Below, in pieces: positions 63,916 to 64,000 of a DNA stretch of 64,000 bases. This DNA is from a virus: the IMG/VR virus record IMGVR_UViG_3300037418_004082; one strand, given 5' to 3'. The notes below the pieces were generated by a model, which did not search any database, was not told the origin of the DNA, and worked only from the letters and a program-made list of their open reading frames with translations. The translations under genes and the position numbers were made by a program. Numbering within the stretch: position 1 is the first letter of the stretch; each line of letters begins with the position of its first letter.

Positions 63916-64000
63916 ATGGGCACCAAGATCGAGTTGCCGCCCGTTGGCGGCCAGTGCAGCTTCACGACCATCAAGGAGTACGCCGAGGACCGCGACCTGG
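63916..64000 (+). CDS. Hypothetical protein, 3'-truncated
   Basis: AAAGGAGG SD, MGTKIELPP; runs off the window. Confidence 0.55.
   Translation, partial: MGTKIELPPVGGQCSFTTIKEYAEDRDL

Noticed and set aside
1-64000. CRISPR array, tRNA, rRNA, integrase, transposase, reverse transcriptase/DGR
   Set aside because: No regularly spaced repeats, cloverleaf or diagnostic motifs seen by eye; tRNAscan and CRISPR finders were not run.
1-64000. Stop-codon reassignment
   Set aside because: TAG, TAA and TGA all end genes at tight junctions followed by SD and start, and core genes are full length in the standard code.

Overview
A 64-kb segment of a large, high-GC (roughly two-thirds by eye) tailed dsDNA phage with a contractile tail, probably a jumbo-type myovirus. 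Positions ~1-44,000 hold the virion morphogenesis region, split into blocks on both strands: terminase large subunit, portal, prohead protease, scaffold/core proteins, decoration protein, major capsid protein, neck, two tail-tube paralogs, sheath, baseplate (gp5-, gp25- and J-like) and fibre-type proteins. A phage sigma-70-family factor, an HNH endonuclease and degenerate RuvC-, primase- and RNase H-like genes lie among them. From ~44,000 to the end is a tightly packed, almost all plus-strand early/accessory region of small unknown genes plus a DUF6744-like / MoxR(RavA)-type AAA+ / VWA module. The most interesting signal is an apparent head-loading and maturation code. At least five scattered small proteins begin M-R-P-x-[DE]-hydrophobic-[YF]-[LM]-x(1-4)-K-x-A, which resembles the T4 capsid-targeting sequence. 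Head-module proteins are dotted with K-x-A-[AS] motifs that may be prohead-protease sites. A 535-aa protein joins an OB-like domain, a histone-fold-like segment, a GNAT acetyltransferase and a Nudix hydrolase, separated by K-x-A motifs and ending in a copy of the tag. A GATAATT motif precedes the structural operons and is a candidate late promoter. No CRISPR array, tRNA or rRNA was seen. All family assignments come from motif recognition by eye; no searches were run.
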